From an uncultured Holophagae bacterium (GTDB lineage: Bacteria; Acidobacteriota; Thermoanaerobaculia; Thermoanaerobaculales; Sulfomarinibacteraceae), in NCBI GenBank assembly GCA_963797055.1, contig CAWCOD010000002.1, forward strand, positions 491,598 through 555,597: a stretch of DNA of 64,000 nt. Direction: 5' to 3'. Of the stretch, positions 63,812 through 64,000 are shown piece after piece (position 1 is the stretch's first letter; the number at the start of each line of letters is the position of its first letter). Both the position numbers and the translations under genes were made by a program. The notes under the pieces were generated by a model. That model saw only the letters and a program-made list of their open reading frames with translations. It did no database searches and had not been told where the DNA came from.

Positions 63812-64000
63812 GAGACCCTCCCGAGTGCATCGATCAGGGCGTCGATGTCGGCGGCGGAGTTGGTCTCGGTGACCGCGACCAGGATGCCGTCAGGCCAGGA
63901 TCCTCCCCAGGTGTGTGACGGTACCCCGGCCAGCACGCCATGGACGGCCAACTGCCTGATCGCTTCGGAGCCGTTCACCGGACCGAGGAGCAGAAATTCG
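63808..64000 (-). CDS. gcvPA: Glycine dehydrogenase subunit 1, C-terminal end (partial at window edge)
   Basis: The minus frame reads ... GILVAVTETNSAADIDALIDALGRVS, with its stop overlapping the gcvPB start (ATGA). Confidence 0.8.
   Translation of the reverse strand, partial: EFLLLGPVNGSEAIRQLAVHGVLAGVPSHTWGGSWPDGILVAVTETNSAADIDALIDALGRVS

Noticed and set aside
1-64000. tRNA, rRNA, tmRNA, RNase P RNA and SRP RNA genes.
   Set aside because: Scanning by eye for T-loop GGTTCGAATCC-type motifs and for the conserved cores of the other RNAs found nothing convincing. This is a manual scan, and tRNAscan or Infernal would be definitive.

Overview
High-GC (roughly 65%) bacterial chromosomal window. 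The lineage is not identifiable from sequence alone; the kinase-TPR, wHTH-NTPase-WD40 and NifJ content is compatible with an Acidobacteriota-like organism, which is inference only. About 43 protein-coding loci can be supported:
- an attEFGH-like ABC exporter operon;
- three paralogous secreted beta-propeller proteins sharing an uncharacterised C-terminal domain, one of them decayed;
- smc, a purine nucleoside phosphorylase, an MBL hydrolase and a secreted reprolysin-like metalloprotease;
- a 1357-aa wHTH/P-loop/TM/WD40 regulator;
- nifJ plus a DHOD-like gene, suhB-like and xerD;
- MoxR-DUF58-transglutaminase and NfeD-SPFH modules;
- lipA, tmk, holB and an SSS transporter;
- a PPDK_N-like protein, a B12-radical-SAM protein and an O-methyltransferase;
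- an EAL protein with a C-terminal globin-sensor domain;
- a Ser/Thr kinase plus TPR protein, and gcvPB with partial gcvPA.

I found no rRNA, tRNA, CRISPR array, transposase or prophage.

Two things stand out.
1. Nearly every intergenic region is a mosaic of dispersed, hairpin-forming repeat families. They share a GTGCCTGGCA core. They sit with G-tract boxes (GGGTGGGCGGG type) coupled to short tandem 7-mer arrays, at more than 18 loci. This looks like an undescribed genome-wide noncoding system.
2. At least seven genes carry frameshifts, some in compensating clusters. This means either an indel-prone assembly or real gene decay, and I cannot tell which from the sequence.

Repeat coordinates are approximate (about +-3 nt).
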